Assembly (NCBI GenBank): GCA_049724395.1
Contig: JAUGWO010000097.1
Span: 1-64,000 of the forward strand
Source of the DNA: Spongospora subterranea f. sp. subterranea
Taxonomy: Eukaryota
Reading direction: 5' to 3'
DNA: 64,000 nucleotides
Shown: positions 62,600-64,000 of the stretch, in pieces
Numbering within the stretch: the stretch's first letter is position 1
Layout: every line of letters begins with the position of its first letter
Translations under genes and position numbers: made by a program
Notes under the pieces: generated by a model
Seen by the model: only the letters and a program-made list of their open reading frames with translations
Told to the model about the DNA's origin: nothing
Database searches by the model: none

Positions 62600-64000
62600 G
62601 AGTCTACAACACCTCATACTGAGATATCTTTTTTCTTTCCGGTCGCAGATTCATGCACAAATGTGTTTGTTTGCCGAGAACGAATAGATTCAATCTCTTT
62701 GTTAGCCCCCTGTCTCCATTATTGGCCATACTCGGGATCATTAATAGCGGCAGATAACGATGTCGGAATTGTAATAGTAGAAGCAATTATCTTCGAAAGA
62801 TGTTGGCAGCTGACTTAACCCTCTAATGCCATGGAGTGCGCCAAAGCCTCATCTACTTCGTGAGTCAAGCAGGATTGCTCGACTCCAGGGAATGGCTAAT
62901 AAACAGATTGAATTGGAACCGATTCCAGCGTTGGGTAGAATACGCTATAAAGATCTTTCTGCGTTTGCGTCTGCATCCACGAGTGTCCTGATAATCGTTG
63001 ATGAGGAGATGTCTGTAGTGGGTGCTGGGAGCCCCATTAAACTGGGTGACGATACGGAGGCGAACAATGATCAGAATGGGAAGGAAAGAGCATCCGATGT
63101 CAAAGTGTCCGACATGGAAGGAAGTGACGTTTTCGGCGGTCCAGCAGCTCAGCCATTTCCCTGTCAGCTTGTCAGGACACTTTGACATCGGATGCCCTTT
63201 CCTTCCCATTCTGATCATTGCTGATGGAGCTCGCCTCCGGTTCGTCACCCAGATTAATGGGACTCCCAGCACCCACTACAGACCTCCTCATCAACGATCA
63301 TCAAGACGCAAACGCGAAAAGATGTTTATAGCATATTCCACACAACGCTGGAATTTGAACTGTTGCCCTTTCCATCCATTCTATACCGGAATTATCGACT
63401 GAACTAACGATGGCATGACGACTATCGGACGCCGAATCTTGTTTAGTTCCCAATTGTGATGAGAAGCCGTATCGAATAGGTTGCGTGTTCTCTTTCGTTT
63501 GGACATCAACAGTATCGGTTTCAGAACCATTTGGTGCATCAGTAGTTAACGGTTTTTTCTTTCAAAGTGACTCGGAAACTGATACTCAGGCAGCGGGAAT
63601 CCATCGTCAACATCAACGTAGACATGATAATCGCAGATTTGGCAATAAGACTACGTCTCTGCTGATCACGAACCTTGCGCAGAAGGTCCCATAATCGATA
63701 GCCCTGTCGAGGTTCGCAAATCTAAGAAACGCACATCGTTGAGCTCTGGCATCAAGTCATTTCCTCTTTTGATTCAAGTATTCGCTTCCACAAGTCACAT
63801 TCAAAAGCCCGAAGATGGGATCATTGCGGGTTCCTTTGAACCACATTTCATATGGAGTTTTCCCAATTTTGTCCGGTGACTTCGACGATTCAGTAGATCA
63901 GCTGCCGTATTAACAGAATCTGCTCAGAACATTTCAGGCAGCTGTACATTCATCCTCATCTCCTCAGCTGGAGTGCGAGCTAGAAATGATCCTCTAGTCA
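62600..64000 (-). mobile_element. Degenerate Ty1/copia pol fragment (integrase end to RT start), interrupted by an insertion
   Basis: SVNTAADLLNR..GKTPYEMWF, LDARAQRCAFL, GYRLWD, ISRDVV (63650-63960) and PTSLSAAINDP..W..ANKEIESI (~62670-62770). Confidence 0.8.
62860..63360. mobile_element. Inverted pair of internally deleted gag-like fragments related to 6870-7890
   Basis: 62885-63085 matches 6891-7105, then jumps to catccgatgtcaaagtgtcc (7842); the same junction recurs inverted at 63140-63360. Confidence 0.85.

Overview
Eukaryotic genomic DNA with compact genes and many short (~50-75 nt) GT-AG introns. Cilium genes (RABL2, CFAP77, SPAG1) imply a flagellated stage; a zoosporic protist such as a plasmodiophorid would fit, but that is inference only. 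Recognisable genes: RABL2, ACBD6-like, a Qc-SNARE, TRM112, a TFIIB/Brf-like factor, an ankyrin protein, PIG-Y, frataxin, CFAP77, VPS39-like, SPCS2, SHMT, SPAG1 and a GTF3C2-like WD40 protein. About 4.4-16.8 kb is a transposon graveyard (LINE, Ty3/gypsy pieces, foldback duplications, an IS630/Tc1 DD34E element, a DD39D mariner). Elsewhere are a MULE end, two hAT elements, a copia relic and five tandem arrays (74, 63, 32, 124 and 29 bp units). The two best candidates for something undescribed are (1) an IS630/Tc1 transposase joined tail-to-tail, with overlapping stop codons, to an uncharacterised non-TnpB partner ORF, and (2) two paralogous secreted Ala/Lys/Asn-rich proteins with Gly-rich ends and a shared central motif. 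Several genes carry single frameshifts that may be assembly errors. Exon boundaries were read by eye, and family calls come from motif recognition, not database searches.
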